Source: Chlamydiota bacterium (GTDB taxonomy: Bacteria; Chlamydiota; Chlamydiia; Chlamydiales; SLFE01). From it: DNA of 60,948 bases. The notes under the pieces were generated by a model. That model was not told the DNA's origin and did not search any database. It was given only the letters and a program-made list of their open reading frames with translations. Numbering within the stretch: the first letter of the stretch is position 1; every line of letters starts with the position of its first letter. Of this stretch, positions 18,424 through 27,212 are shown one piece after another. The position numbers and the translations under genes were made by a program. The stretch is from contig JAAKFL010000001.1 of the NCBI GenBank assembly GCA_011065065.1, forward strand, positions 1 to 60,948. The letters are read 5' to 3'.

Positions 18424-19053
18424 ATGTTCGGTCGTTTCGCAAAGTTTGTGTTTTTGACATTCGCTCTCTTCACAATGTCTCTCTCTGGTTACTCTGAATG
18501 GAGGGGCTATGAAGAGGACGGCATGTACATGGATGAGGAAGATCAAGAGTTAGTGGTTAAGCCTCTACCAAAAGGTTATCATCCTGTTTCTGACGAATGG
18601 CATGATACGACAAAGGGGCCTCCTTTGTGTAAATTTGTCATTCCTGCGGGAATCGCTGCCATTGGTTTGACAATTGGGGCTGTTAAGGCTCTGGAATGTG
18701 AAAATTGTGTTTATAAAACTGCATTGCAATTTACCGGTTCTTTTCAGGCCTCAACTGGTGGAGATACAACTTTGGTATTTAAGATTCTCTTTCCTGATAC
18801 TATTGTTTTTTATAATGATAGCCTTATTTCTGGAGATGCTACAGGGGGGGCAGCAGTCAATTTTTCAAGTGGAACGACCACGAGTTATAAGAGCGGAGAT
18901 ACATTTACAGTGAGTGTCATCAGCCTCAGTTCGACAGGTAGCAGTAGCCCAACAAATTTTACGGTTAATGGGCTCATAGCAGGCGTTATTTTTGATACGC
19001 AAAGTGCAACACCTCCGACAGGAACGACAACATTTACCTTCACCATACCCTAA
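18424..19053 (+). CDS. paralog P3 of the P1 family
   Basis: AAGGAG sits 7 nt upstream of the ATG at 18424. FVIPAGIAAIGLTIGAV and the C-terminus GVIFDTQ...TTFTFTIP match P1. Confidence 0.7.
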   Translation: MFGRFAKFVFLTFALFTMSLSGYSEWRGYEEDGMYMDEEDQELVVKPLPKGYHPVSDEWHDTTKGPPLCKFVIPAGIAAIGLTIGAVKALECENCVYKTALQFTGSFQASTGGDTTLVFKILFPDTIVFYNDSLISGDATGGAAVNFSSGTTTSYKSGDTFTVSVISLSSTGSSSPTNFTVNGLIAGVIFDTQSATPPTGTTTFTFTIP

Positions 19054-19093
19054 TCAGCTTCTGGGAGTTCTGAGATTCTTTTTTGAAATATAT

Positions 19094-19358
19094 CTTAAAA
19101 ATTTAACCGCGAAGATCGCGAAGATCGCGAAGATGCGCGAAGACTGGAGCCATTCATGGTGATTTTTCGATGGACGTGTCCGATTTGAAGCTTCGAAACG
19201 GAGTAGAGTTTACATTTTTAAATATTTTTTAAATTAGTTTTACTTCATATACATATAACCTCTTTACGCAGTAGGGTTTGAAAAAGATTAATTGAAATTA
19301 GTCTGTTTCTTCGCGCATCTTCGCGGTCTTCGCGATCTTCGCGGTTAAATTTTTTAAG
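19094..19358. mobile_element. MITE-like element with ~55-nt CGCGAAGA-type terminal inverted repeats
   Basis: The left arm cttaaaaatttaaccgcgaagatcgcgaagatcgcgaagatgcgcgaagac matches the reverse complement of the right arm (19303-19358) with few mismatches. The interior is about 140 bp and AT-rich. No ORF. Confidence 0.45.
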
Positions 19359-19434
19359 TCACGAAAATCCTTAATATATCTGGAAACGGACTCTGGTGAG
19401 ATATGTATAAAATATTCATACTCAATCACAAATA

Positions 19435-19474
19435 CATCCTGTTCATCCTAGCTATCCTACTCATCCTGTTTTCG
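19435..19474 (+). repeat. ATCCTG-type repeat module
   Basis: catcctgttcatcctagctatcctactcatcctgttttcgg has the same 9-nt unit structure as 16470 and 44656. Confidence 0.65.
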
Positions 19475-19512
19475 GTTTGCAATCCTAAAAATAGTTCTTT
19501 ATATAGAAAGAT

Positions 19513-19803
19513 ATGAGGATAAAAGTAATTACAATCAGTGTGTTAGTGGCTTTATGCCTCGTGTGTTCCGAGACTAAAGCTGCGACGTTTGGGAAACCTC
19601 ACTGGAAGTCTTATTCCGAATGTACTGAAGAAGAGTATCATAAGTCTTTGCTAGTCAAAAGGAAAAGTCCTAAAGATGTCTTTTGCGGATTATTAAAACG
19701 CGTACGGCTGAGTTGCATAACATTTAAAAGTGCCATGGCAAAAGATGAAGTGCCGGGAGATAGCATGTATTTCATCAACCTTAACTTTTCTCACGAGTTT
19801 TAG
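19513..19803 (+). CDS. small secreted hypothetical protein
   Basis: Signal-peptide-like MRIKVITISVLVALCLVCSETKA. Ends 12 nt before the SNF transporter gene. Confidence 0.45.
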   Translation: MRIKVITISVLVALCLVCSETKAATFGKPHWKSYSECTEEEYHKSLLVKRKSPKDVFCGLLKRVRLSCITFKSAMAKDEVPGDSMYFINLNFSHEF

Positions 19804-19815
19804 CGGAGAGATCCT

Positions 19816-21327
19816 ATGACTGAATCACGAGATCGTTGGCCGTCAAAGACCATTTTCATCTTTGCAGCCATTGGATCTGCTGTGGGACTCGGAAATATTT
19901 GGCGATTTCCCTATCTCGTTGGAAAGTATGGGGGAGGAGCCTTTCTTTTTCCCTATCTCTTGTTATTATTTCTCTTCGGGATACCACTTCTTATTCTTGA
20001 ATTTTCGTTAGGACAAAAAATGCAGCAAGGGGCCGTTGGGGCCATGAAAAGAATTCGGAAGTCGTTTTCGGGCATTGGTTTAGGCGCTATCTGTTGTAGT
20101 TTTTTTGTCGCTTGCTATTACGCCGTTGTGATGGCGTGGTGCTTGTTATACTGCTTTTACTCCGTCAACATTGCATGGGGTGATGACCCCAGCACATTTT
20201 TCTTTGAAAATGTGTTACAGTCATCCAGTTCGCCTAATGAAATGTGGATGATTCCAACACATGTCTTGGCAGCTCTGGTGTTTGTTTGGGTTTGTGTCTA
20301 TTTTTGCATATGGAAGGGAGTCAGAAGCGTCAGCGCTGTCGTGACGATCACCATGCCTCTTCCCGTGATTCTCTTGATCATTTTACTGATTAGAGGAGTC
20401 ACTCTGCCCGGTGCCATGGATGGATTGATATATTATGTTAAACCTGACTTCCAAGCTCTTCTCAATACCGAAGTTTGGATGGCAGCTTTAACACAAATCT
20501 TCTTTAGCTTATCTGTGGGATTTGGAGTGATGATCGCCTATGGGAGCTACGAAAAAAAGACAAGCGATATCGTCAAAAGTGCTTACATCATAGCAGTGTC
20601 CGATGCGGCCATTGCCATTCTTTCTGGATTAGTTGTTTTTTCGACATTGGGTCATATGGCTTTGCAAAGTGGCGAATCGCTCGCAAAGCTTGCAGCATCA
20701 GGTCCAAGTTTGGCGTTTATTGTGTTTCCTAAGGCATTATCTTTGATACCAGGGGCCGCCTTCTTTTCGGTATTTTTCTTCTTAACCCTTTTGCTTTTGG
20801 GGATTGATAGCCTGTTTTCTCTTGTGGAAGCCATTTCGACAACTCTTCATGACCAATGGAGTTTTATACGAAAAGAGGACCTGACGCTTTATGTCTGTAC
20901 ATTCAGTTTTATTGGAGGACTCATTTTTACCACAACGGCGGGAATCTATTTTCTCGATATTTCCGATCATTTCATTACGATTTATGGAATTGTGACCGTC
21001 AGCCTTCTTCAATCTTTTGTGATAGGATGGGGGTATCCTGCAGGAAAATTGTGTGAATGGATCAATCAAGTTTCTGTGTGGAAGCTGTCGAAGTGGTGGT
21101 CATTTGCCATTCGTTATTTTGTACCTATCTGTTTAATTGTCTTGTTGTTTACCGCTCTTTATCGCGATGTGACGGTGCCTTATGGGGGTTACCCCAAATG
21201 GGCCATTATTATGATGGGATGGAGCACAATTTCACTGATGATTTTTTTAGGGTTAGTTTACTCCTTTATAACAACACGCAAAAAATCGACAAACCCTTTC
21301 CATGTGGACGATAAAAGTTATGACTGA
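19816..21327 (+). CDS. sodium-dependent transporter, neurotransmitter:sodium symporter (SNF) family
   Basis: GLGNIWRFPYL signature; multi-pass hydrophobic profile. Confidence 0.9.
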   Translation: MTESRDRWPSKTIFIFAAIGSAVGLGNIWRFPYLVGKYGGGAFLFPYLLLLFLFGIPLLILEFSLGQKMQQGAVGAMKRIRKSFSGIGLGAICCSFFVACYYAVVMAWCLLYCFYSVNIAWGDDPSTFFFENVLQSSSSPNEMWMIPTHVLAALVFVWVCVYFCIWKGVRSVSAVVTITMPLPVILLIILLIRGVTLPGAMDGLIYYVKPDFQALLNTEVWMAALTQIFFSLSVGFGVMIAYGSYEKKTSDIVKSAYIIAVSDAAIAILSGLVVFSTLGHMALQSGESLAKLAASGPSLAFIVFPKALSLIPGAAFFSVFFFLTLLLLGIDSLFSLVEAISTTLHDQWSFIRKEDLTLYVCTFSFIGGLIFTTTAGIYFLDISDHFITIYGIVTVSLLQSFVIGWGYPAGKLCEWINQVSVWKLSKWWSFAIRYFVPICLIVLLFTALYRDVTVPYGGYPKWAIIMMGWSTISLMIFLGLVYSFITTRKKSTNPFHVDDKSYD

Positions 21328-22243
21328 AAGTATCATTTCAAAAGAATTTTTCTGGCGGAGAATCCACTCTTTAGCAGGACTCTGGTTGATTCTATTTATC
21401 ATTGAGCATCTTTTAACCAACTCTCAATCAGCTTTATTTTTTGGAGATGATGGTCACGGATTCATCGATTCTGTCAATTGGATTCATGACTTGCCCTATT
21501 TGCCTGTGATTGAACTAGCAGTACTGGGGATTCCATTTTTAATCCATGGGCTTTGGGGAATCAAATATGCTCGCGAATCTCGAATTAACTCTACACGTAC
21601 AGATGGAGCTCAACCTGATTTAAGTCGGTACCGTAACAATCGGGCTTTTACCTGGCAAAGGGTCACCTCATGGTTATTGATTGTGGGTGTGATTGGTCAT
21701 GTGGTCCAAATGCGATTTATGGATTATCCCTCGGAATCTCAATTGGGATCAGAGCAATTTTATGTTGTCAGAATCACTGACGATTCTGGCCTGCCAACAC
21801 TTGCAGAAAGGCTCGATTTTAAGATTTACAATTCCCAAGACATTGCAACCTATATGAAAGAGATTGAACGACAACCGGTACAAGCGGGACCATTGGTTGA
21901 ACAGAAATTTCATCAACAAGAACAATGGCTTGAATTTTTAACGAGCAAGCCATTAAAAGGAAATCAAGTGATGGCTGTGGCGAAAGATTTTGGAACTGCC
22001 TCTTTGCTTACAGTTCGTGACACATTTAAAATGCCCTTGATGATTATTCTTTATACCTTGTTTGTGATTGCGGCTGGTTATCATGCGTTTAATGGATTGT
22101 GGACAGCGTTTATTACGTGGGGAGTGAACATCACGGAAAAAACGCAAAAAAGATTTAAGAATGTGACGAATGTCCTGATGCTCCTTGTCATTTTTCTAGG
22201 GTTAGCATCAGTTTGGTTAACTTACATTAATTTGCGTAACTAG
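21320..22243 (+). CDS. sdhC: succinate dehydrogenase cytochrome b subunit
   Basis: Polytopic protein immediately upstream of sdhA/sdhB. The ATG at 21320 overlaps the upstream stop by 8 nt. Confidence 0.7.
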   Translation: MTESIISKEFFWRRIHSLAGLWLILFIIEHLLTNSQSALFFGDDGHGFIDSVNWIHDLPYLPVIELAVLGIPFLIHGLWGIKYARESRINSTRTDGAQPDLSRYRNNRAFTWQRVTSWLLIVGVIGHVVQMRFMDYPSESQLGSEQFYVVRITDDSGLPTLAERLDFKIYNSQDIATYMKEIERQPVQAGPLVEQKFHQQEQWLEFLTSKPLKGNQVMAVAKDFGTASLLTVRDTFKMPLMIILYTLFVIAAGYHAFNGLWTAFITWGVNITEKTQKRFKNVTNVLMLLVIFLGLASVWLTYINLRN

Positions 22244-22252
22244 GAGGTTTTT

Positions 22253-22498
22253 ATGGAACTTAACGCAAAAGCATTTGGTCTCGCGGGAGGGATCTTATGG
22301 GGTGTCTCCATGTTTATCATGACATGGCTTAGTCTATGGACTGGTTATGGCGCTCTTTTTCTTGATGCTATGATGGGAATTTACCCAGGATTTGAGATCA
22401 GTCCTGTGGGAAGTTTCATTGGTTTAGCTTATGGATTTATCGATGGAGTTGTCGGCTTGTTCATACTCGGTTGGCTTTATAACCGCTTTAGATTTTAA
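22253..22498 (+). CDS. small two-TM membrane protein inserted between sdhC and sdhA
   Basis: Strong AGGAGG 6 nt upstream. 81 aa with two Gly-rich hydrophobic segments. Resembles small proteins often annotated as a holin-like family (from memory, unverified). Confidence 0.7.
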   Translation: MELNAKAFGLAGGILWGVSMFIMTWLSLWTGYGALFLDAMMGIYPGFEISPVGSFIGLAYGFIDGVVGLFILGWLYNRFRF

Positions 22499-22510
22499 GT
22501 TTAAGGTATT

Positions 22511-24397
22511 ATGACTCTTGAAAAACGTAAAGAGGTCATCGTTGTTGGCGGTGGCCTAGCAGGTCTTTCTGCGGCTTTAAAACTGGCGGAAAATGACTGT
22601 CATGTCCAAATTGTCTCATTGACAAAGTGTCGGCGGTCTCATTCTGTTTGTGCGCAGGGAGGTATCAATGCGGCGATGAATTTGATGGGGGAGGATGATT
22701 CTCCGATCATTCACGCCTACGATACTATGAAGGGGGGCGATTTCCTCGCCGACCAACCTGCAATTCTCGAAATGTGCCTGTGTGCTCCTTCCATCATCCG
22801 GATGATGGACCGGTTTGGTTGTGCCTTCAATCGGACACCGGAAGGAAATATGGACTTTCGTCGTTTCGGAGGAACTCTTTACAACCGCACAGCTTTCTGC
22901 GGAGCTACAACCGGACAGCAACTGATGTACTCGCTGGATGAACAGGTGCGGCGGCATGAAGCTAAGGGTGAAGTTGAAAAATTTGAAAACCACGAATTTT
23001 TGCGTTTGGTTCGTGATGAAAACGGAGTCACTCGTGGCATTGTCCTGATGGATCTGTTCAATCTTAAACTTGAAGTGCTCAAGGCCGATGCTGTGGTGAT
23101 TGCAACAGGGGGATTGGGCGTCCTTTTCAAAATGTCGACAAATTCAACCTTCTGTACGGGGGCTGCGAATGGAAGACTCTATCAGCAAGGCATGGAATAC
23201 GCGAATGGAGAATTCATTCAAATCCATCCTACTACGATTCCTGGAATCGATAAGCTGCGACTGATGTCCGAATCTGCCCGCGGTGAAGGGGGACGCATTT
23301 GGGTTTATGGGGATTCTTCGAAAACCATCACAACACCTGAAGGAAAAACGGTTCCTTGTGGAGAAACCGGAAAGCCATGGTACTTTTTGGAAGAGCTTTA
23401 TCCTGCATTCGGAAACCTTGTGCCTCGTGATATCGGAGCCCGCGAAATTCTCCGCATTTGCGAAAAAGGGTTGGGTGTCGATGGCAAAATGCAAGTGTAT
23501 CTCGATGTCACTGAATTATCCGATGAGAAAAAACAAAAGCTTGGGGCGATTTTAGAGATTTACGAGAAGTTTACCGGAGAAGATCCCCGAAAAATCCCCA
23601 TGAGAATTTTCCCCGGCGTTCACTATACAATGGGCGGAGGCTGGGTCGATTGGCCCGCGGTAGATGATCCCGACCGGTGGGAACGTTACCGTCAGATGAC
23701 CAATATTCCCGGATGTTTCAACATCGGAGAATCTGATTTCTCTTATCACGGATCCAACAGATTAGGCGCAAACGCTCTTCTTTCCTGCATCTACAGTGGT
23801 CTTGTGGTGGGAGTCGAAGTGCCCCGTTACATCGAGAACTTAAAAAAATCCACATCGGAACAACCTTTTCAAGAGGCCTTAGAAAAAGAAAAGGCTTTTA
23901 AAGAAGATTTGTTGTCTCGAAACGGATCAGAAAATATTTATCAGCTCCATGACCAACTTGCAGAAAAATTAGTCAATAATGCTACCGTAAAGCGCAATAA
24001 TGAAGACCTCGAAAAAACGCTCGACTTTATCAAAAAGATCAAGGAGCGTTATAAAAACATCACGATTCCTGATCAAAGTCGTTTTGCGAACAAGAGTTAC
24101 ATCTTTGCCCATCAATTTGATGCCATGCTCGATTTGGCGTTAATTATTGTGAAGGGAGCGCTCCTTCGTGATGAATTTAGGGGAGCTCATTTTAAAGAAG
24201 GCTTTAAAGAGCGGAATGATAAAAAATGGTTGAAACATACCATTGCCACCTATGACCCGTCCAAGGACGAACCTGTCATCTCGTACAGAAATGTCGACCT
24301 ACGTCACCTTGATCCGATACCACGAAACTACGTCAGTGCAAAAAAGGTGAAACCTACGCTGAATAATGTTCCGAATAATATTCAGCTGCCCATTTAG
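22511..24397 (+). CDS. sdhA: succinate dehydrogenase flavoprotein subunit
   Basis: FAD-binding VVGGGLAGLSAA, the covalent-FAD His context RSHSVCAQGGI, and HPT/RLGANAL motifs. Confidence 0.95.
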   Translation: MTLEKRKEVIVVGGGLAGLSAALKLAENDCHVQIVSLTKCRRSHSVCAQGGINAAMNLMGEDDSPIIHAYDTMKGGDFLADQPAILEMCLCAPSIIRMMDRFGCAFNRTPEGNMDFRRFGGTLYNRTAFCGATTGQQLMYSLDEQVRRHEAKGEVEKFENHEFLRLVRDENGVTRGIVLMDLFNLKLEVLKADAVVIATGGLGVLFKMSTNSTFCTGAANGRLYQQGMEYANGEFIQIHPTTIPGIDKLRLMSESARGEGGRIWVYGDSSKTITTPEGKTVPCGETGKPWYFLEELYPAFGNLVPRDIGAREILRICEKGLGVDGKMQVYLDVTELSDEKKQKLGAILEIYEKFTGEDPRKIPMRIFPGVHYTMGGGWVDWPAVDDPDRWERYRQMTNIPGCFNIGESDFSYHGSNRLGANALLSCIYSGLVVGVEVPRYIENLKKSTSEQPFQEALEKEKAFKEDLLSRNGSENIYQLHDQLAEKLVNNATVKRNNEDLEKTLDFIKKIKERYKNITIPDQSRFANKSYIFAHQFDAMLDLALIIVKGALLRDEFRGAHFKEGFKERNDKKWLKHTIATYDPSKDEPVISYRNVDLRHLDPIPRNYVSAKKVKPTLNNVPNNIQLPI

Positions 24398-24406
24398 GGG
24401 GTATTT

Positions 24407-25174
24407 ATGGCAGAGACATTCATACTAAAAATCTACCGGGGAACTCCTGGCAACCAATACTGGGAAGAGTTCGAGTTGGACCTCGTCCCCTTTGCCAATG
24501 TCATTTCATCATTGATGGAAATCGAAAAAAATCCGGTCAATCGAAAAGGAGAAAAAGTCGATCCTGTTGTTTGGGAGCAAGGGTGTCTAGAAGAAGTCTG
24601 TGGATCATGTTCAATGTTGATCAACGGTTATCCACGCCAAGCGTGCACCGCCTTGATCGAACCCATTATCAAAGAAACCGGAAACAACACGATTGTATTG
24701 GCTCCCTTCACAAAATTTCCCTTAGTGCGAGACCTCATTGTCGACCGCTCGATCATGTTTGATAATCTTAAAAAAGCGCATGCTTGGATTGATACCGACT
24801 TGACCTTTGATAGTGGCCCTGGGCCTCGTATCAGTCCCAAAGTCCAACAAGTCATGTATGCACTTTCTACATGCATGACCTGTGGATGTTGTTCAGAATC
24901 ATGTCCCAACGTCAATTCAAAAACCAAGTTTATGGGTCCTGCGCCTCTTTCGACAGTGCGTTTGTTGAATATGCATCCCATCGGGATGACGCAAAGGGGA
25001 GAGCGGTTGAATGCTTTGATGGAAGAAGGGGGCATTGCAGGTTGTGGTAACGCCCAAAACTGCGTCAAAGTTTGTCCCAAAGGAATTCCTTTGACCGATA
25101 GCATTGCCGAAATCGGCCGCGCTGTCACCATGCAGGCGCTGAGGAATATCTTTGGCAGGCCAGAGGACGAATAA
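24407..25174 (+). CDS. sdhB: succinate dehydrogenase iron-sulfur subunit
   Basis: Cys clusters CLEEVCGSCSM, CMTCGCCSESCP and CVKVCPKGIP. Confidence 0.95.
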   Translation: MAETFILKIYRGTPGNQYWEEFELDLVPFANVISSLMEIEKNPVNRKGEKVDPVVWEQGCLEEVCGSCSMLINGYPRQACTALIEPIIKETGNNTIVLAPFTKFPLVRDLIVDRSIMFDNLKKAHAWIDTDLTFDSGPGPRISPKVQQVMYALSTCMTCGCCSESCPNVNSKTKFMGPAPLSTVRLLNMHPIGMTQRGERLNALMEEGGIAGCGNAQNCVKVCPKGIPLTDSIAEIGRAVTMQALRNIFGRPEDE

Positions 25175-25176
25175 GA

Positions 25177-25317
25177 AGCCGCAGATTCACACAGATTTTC
25201 GCAGTTAGATTAACGCAAAGATGATTGAGCAAGTCAGGCACGGACAACTTTGCTCCTTAGCGTCTTTGCCCCTTTGTGTTAATCTATCTGCGGCAATCTG
25301 CGTTCATCTGCGGCTAA
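25177..25317. repeat. composite imperfect palindrome: GCAGAT x3 + TTAAC + GCAAAG modules on each arm
   Basis: The left arm agccgcagattcacacagattttcgcagttagattaacgcaaag aligns with the reverse complement of the right arm, agccgcagatgaacgcagattgccgcagatagattaacacaaag. Confidence 0.75.
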
Positions 25318-25429
25318 AATCCTTTGAACAAGTCGCTTACGACCTCCACCAAATTTTTCTTGAAACCTTAGATCCATTATGGCAACCTTGAATGTGCCCC
25401 TTAACGCTAATTGTTAAATAAGGTTCGTT

Positions 25430-27070
25430 ATGCAAGAAGATTACGAAGAGTTTTCACCGCAAGAAATCAAACTTCTAGAAAACTATGTGACCAATACATC
25501 AAGCCACATATTCTGCCTCCGCAACCTGCCAGAGGTGATTAAAGGGGCTCTATTCTCTCGTTATTCCCGCTCCTCTCTTGGTTTGCGAGCCCTTCTTCTT
25601 AAAGAATTTATACTCAATGAAGAAGAAGCGTCATTTGGGAGCATTGTCCCGACATCTGTTGATGAAACTGCGGAAAATCAGATGTTAGCATTGAAGAAGG
25701 CGCAAAGTTTTTATGATCGGATTCTCGATGGTTATGGGGATGATTCCATCGGAGAGTTGGGCGGAGCTCATGTGGCGATTGAAAATGTGTCAATGTTAGC
25801 AGCAAAGTTGATTGAAGATCGCCGTATCGGCGGATCGCCGTTAGAAAAGTCGACGCGTTACATTTACTTTGATCAGAAAGTGAACGGCGAGTACCTGTTT
25901 TATCGCGAACCAATTTTGATGACGTCAGCCTACCGCGATGCCTATGTTGACACTTGCAATATGCTTTTTGAAACTTACAGCAAATTGATTCCTCCGTTAA
26001 CAGACTTGATGGAAGCCAAGTTCCCTAAAGGAGACTCGATTTCAACAGGAGCTTACAAAGCGTCGATTCGTGCGAAAGTGTTAGATTGTCTTCGTGGATT
26101 GCTTCCTGCGGGCACCCTGACCAATATGGGAATCTATGGAAACGGTCGATTTTTCGAACACATGATTCAACGACTTCATTGCAATAATCTGGCTGAATTA
26201 CAAGACATCGGAAAACGTTGTCATCAAGAGCTTGGAAAAGTGATCCCTTCGTTCGTCCGTCGTTCACATACTGAACATCGGAACCAAGTCGGTTTTGCCA
26301 AATTCCAAGAGGCTATGGGATCATCCATTAAATTGATTACTGAGCACAATACGGGATTTAAAGAACGAACAACTGAGCCTGGAGTTCGTCTCATTTCATT
26401 TGATCCTGATTCCCCTTCAAAAGTGGCAGCGGGATTATTGTTTGAACATTCTGATAAAGGTTTGCATGAATTGCGGGAATATTGTCGCAATCTGCCTAAA
26501 GAAGAAATTGCGAGCATTTTGGATGCGGGCTGTATGGCGCGTGAGAACAGACGTCACAAAAGTCCTCGGGCGTTGGAACATGCGGAATTTACATTTGAGA
26601 TCATTGCGGACTTTGGTGCCTATCGCGATTTGCATCGTCATCGTATTCTGACACAAGAAAGACAACTTCTCACTTGTGATTACGGTTTTTATATTCCGTC
26701 CGAGCTTGATGAAATGTCTGAGAAGGGAGCTTATATTGAAGCTATGGAACGGGCGAAAAAAGTTTACGACACCATTGCCGAGGAGTTGCCGGAAGAAGCG
26801 CAATACATCGTGCCGATGGCGTACAACATTCGTTGGTACTTCCATGTGAACCTTCGGGCTCTTCAATGGATTTGCGAATTGCGTTCAGCAGCTGCAGGGC
26901 ATCCGACATATCGCCTGATTGCGCAAGAGATGGCGAGACAGGTCTCTGAAGCCATTCCTGAATTTGAGCGGTTCTTCAAGTTTGTCGATTATGAAGGATA
27001 TGATTTGGGAAGGTTGGGGCAAGAGCAAAGAAAAGCTGAAAAAGCTAAGAGGGTGTCTCAAAAGTTATGA
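25430..27070 (+). CDS. thyX: FAD-dependent thymidylate synthase, long tandem-domain form
   Basis: ThyX-type RHR motif (YRDLHRHRILTQERQ) in the second half. The 546-aa length matches the long chlamydial ThyX form as I recall it. Confidence 0.7.
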   Translation: MQEDYEEFSPQEIKLLENYVTNTSSHIFCLRNLPEVIKGALFSRYSRSSLGLRALLLKEFILNEEEASFGSIVPTSVDETAENQMLALKKAQSFYDRILDGYGDDSIGELGGAHVAIENVSMLAAKLIEDRRIGGSPLEKSTRYIYFDQKVNGEYLFYREPILMTSAYRDAYVDTCNMLFETYSKLIPPLTDLMEAKFPKGDSISTGAYKASIRAKVLDCLRGLLPAGTLTNMGIYGNGRFFEHMIQRLHCNNLAELQDIGKRCHQELGKVIPSFVRRSHTEHRNQVGFAKFQEAMGSSIKLITEHNTGFKERTTEPGVRLISFDPDSPSKVAAGLLFEHSDKGLHELREYCRNLPKEEIASILDAGCMARENRRHKSPRALEHAEFTFEIIADFGAYRDLHRHRILTQERQLLTCDYGFYIPSELDEMSEKGAYIEAMERAKKVYDTIAEELPEEAQYIVPMAYNIRWYFHVNLRALQWICELRSAAAGHPTYRLIAQEMARQVSEAIPEFERFFKFVDYEGYDLGRLGQEQRKAEKAKRVSQKL

Positions 27071-27133
27071 TTTGGATGATTTATGTGGTCAATTGGCCAC
27101 ATAAAGCATCCAAATCATTACTTTCGAGACACC
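27051..27133. repeat. 83-nt near-perfect palindrome overlapping the thyX stop codon
   Basis: gggtgtctcaaaagttatgatttggatgatttatgtggtcaat versus the reverse complement of the right arm, gggtgtctcgaaagtaatgatttggatgctttatgtggccaat: 4 mismatches in 43. Confidence 0.75.
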
Positions 27134-27212
27134 CTCTAAACTCCGTCAATAATTTTCTTGGTTCAAAACTCACTTAACCTCTATTGTTTTAGAAAAATGG
27201 AGGTTAAGAGTT

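Noticed and set aside
14009-19053. RiPP (graspetide) cluster: ATP-grasp ligases acting on the Ser/Thr/Asp-rich P1-P3 proteins
   Set aside because: The ATP-grasp-like proteins carry secretion signals and are divergently transcribed from P1-P3, separated by a 400-bp repeat-filled spacer. The putative substrates are 120-260-aa membrane-type proteins without a recognisable leader/core organisation. The association is most likely just adjacency.
18044-19053. P2 plus P3 as a single gene split by a frameshift (a pseudogene of a P1-like ancestor)
   Set aside because: P3 has its own AAGGAG site, its own ATG and its own signal-peptide-like N-terminus. P2 ends at a clean stop with no continuing homology in other frames. 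These are better read as separate domain-shuffled paralogs, although P2 could still be a truncated copy.
22616-25131. Multiple antisense or alternative-frame ORFs of 60-167 aa inside sdhA and sdhB (similar cases occur in rpoD, thyX, topA and trpS)
   Set aside because: They are fully nested in well-supported genes with clear catalytic motifs. They are typical shadow ORFs with no independent signals.
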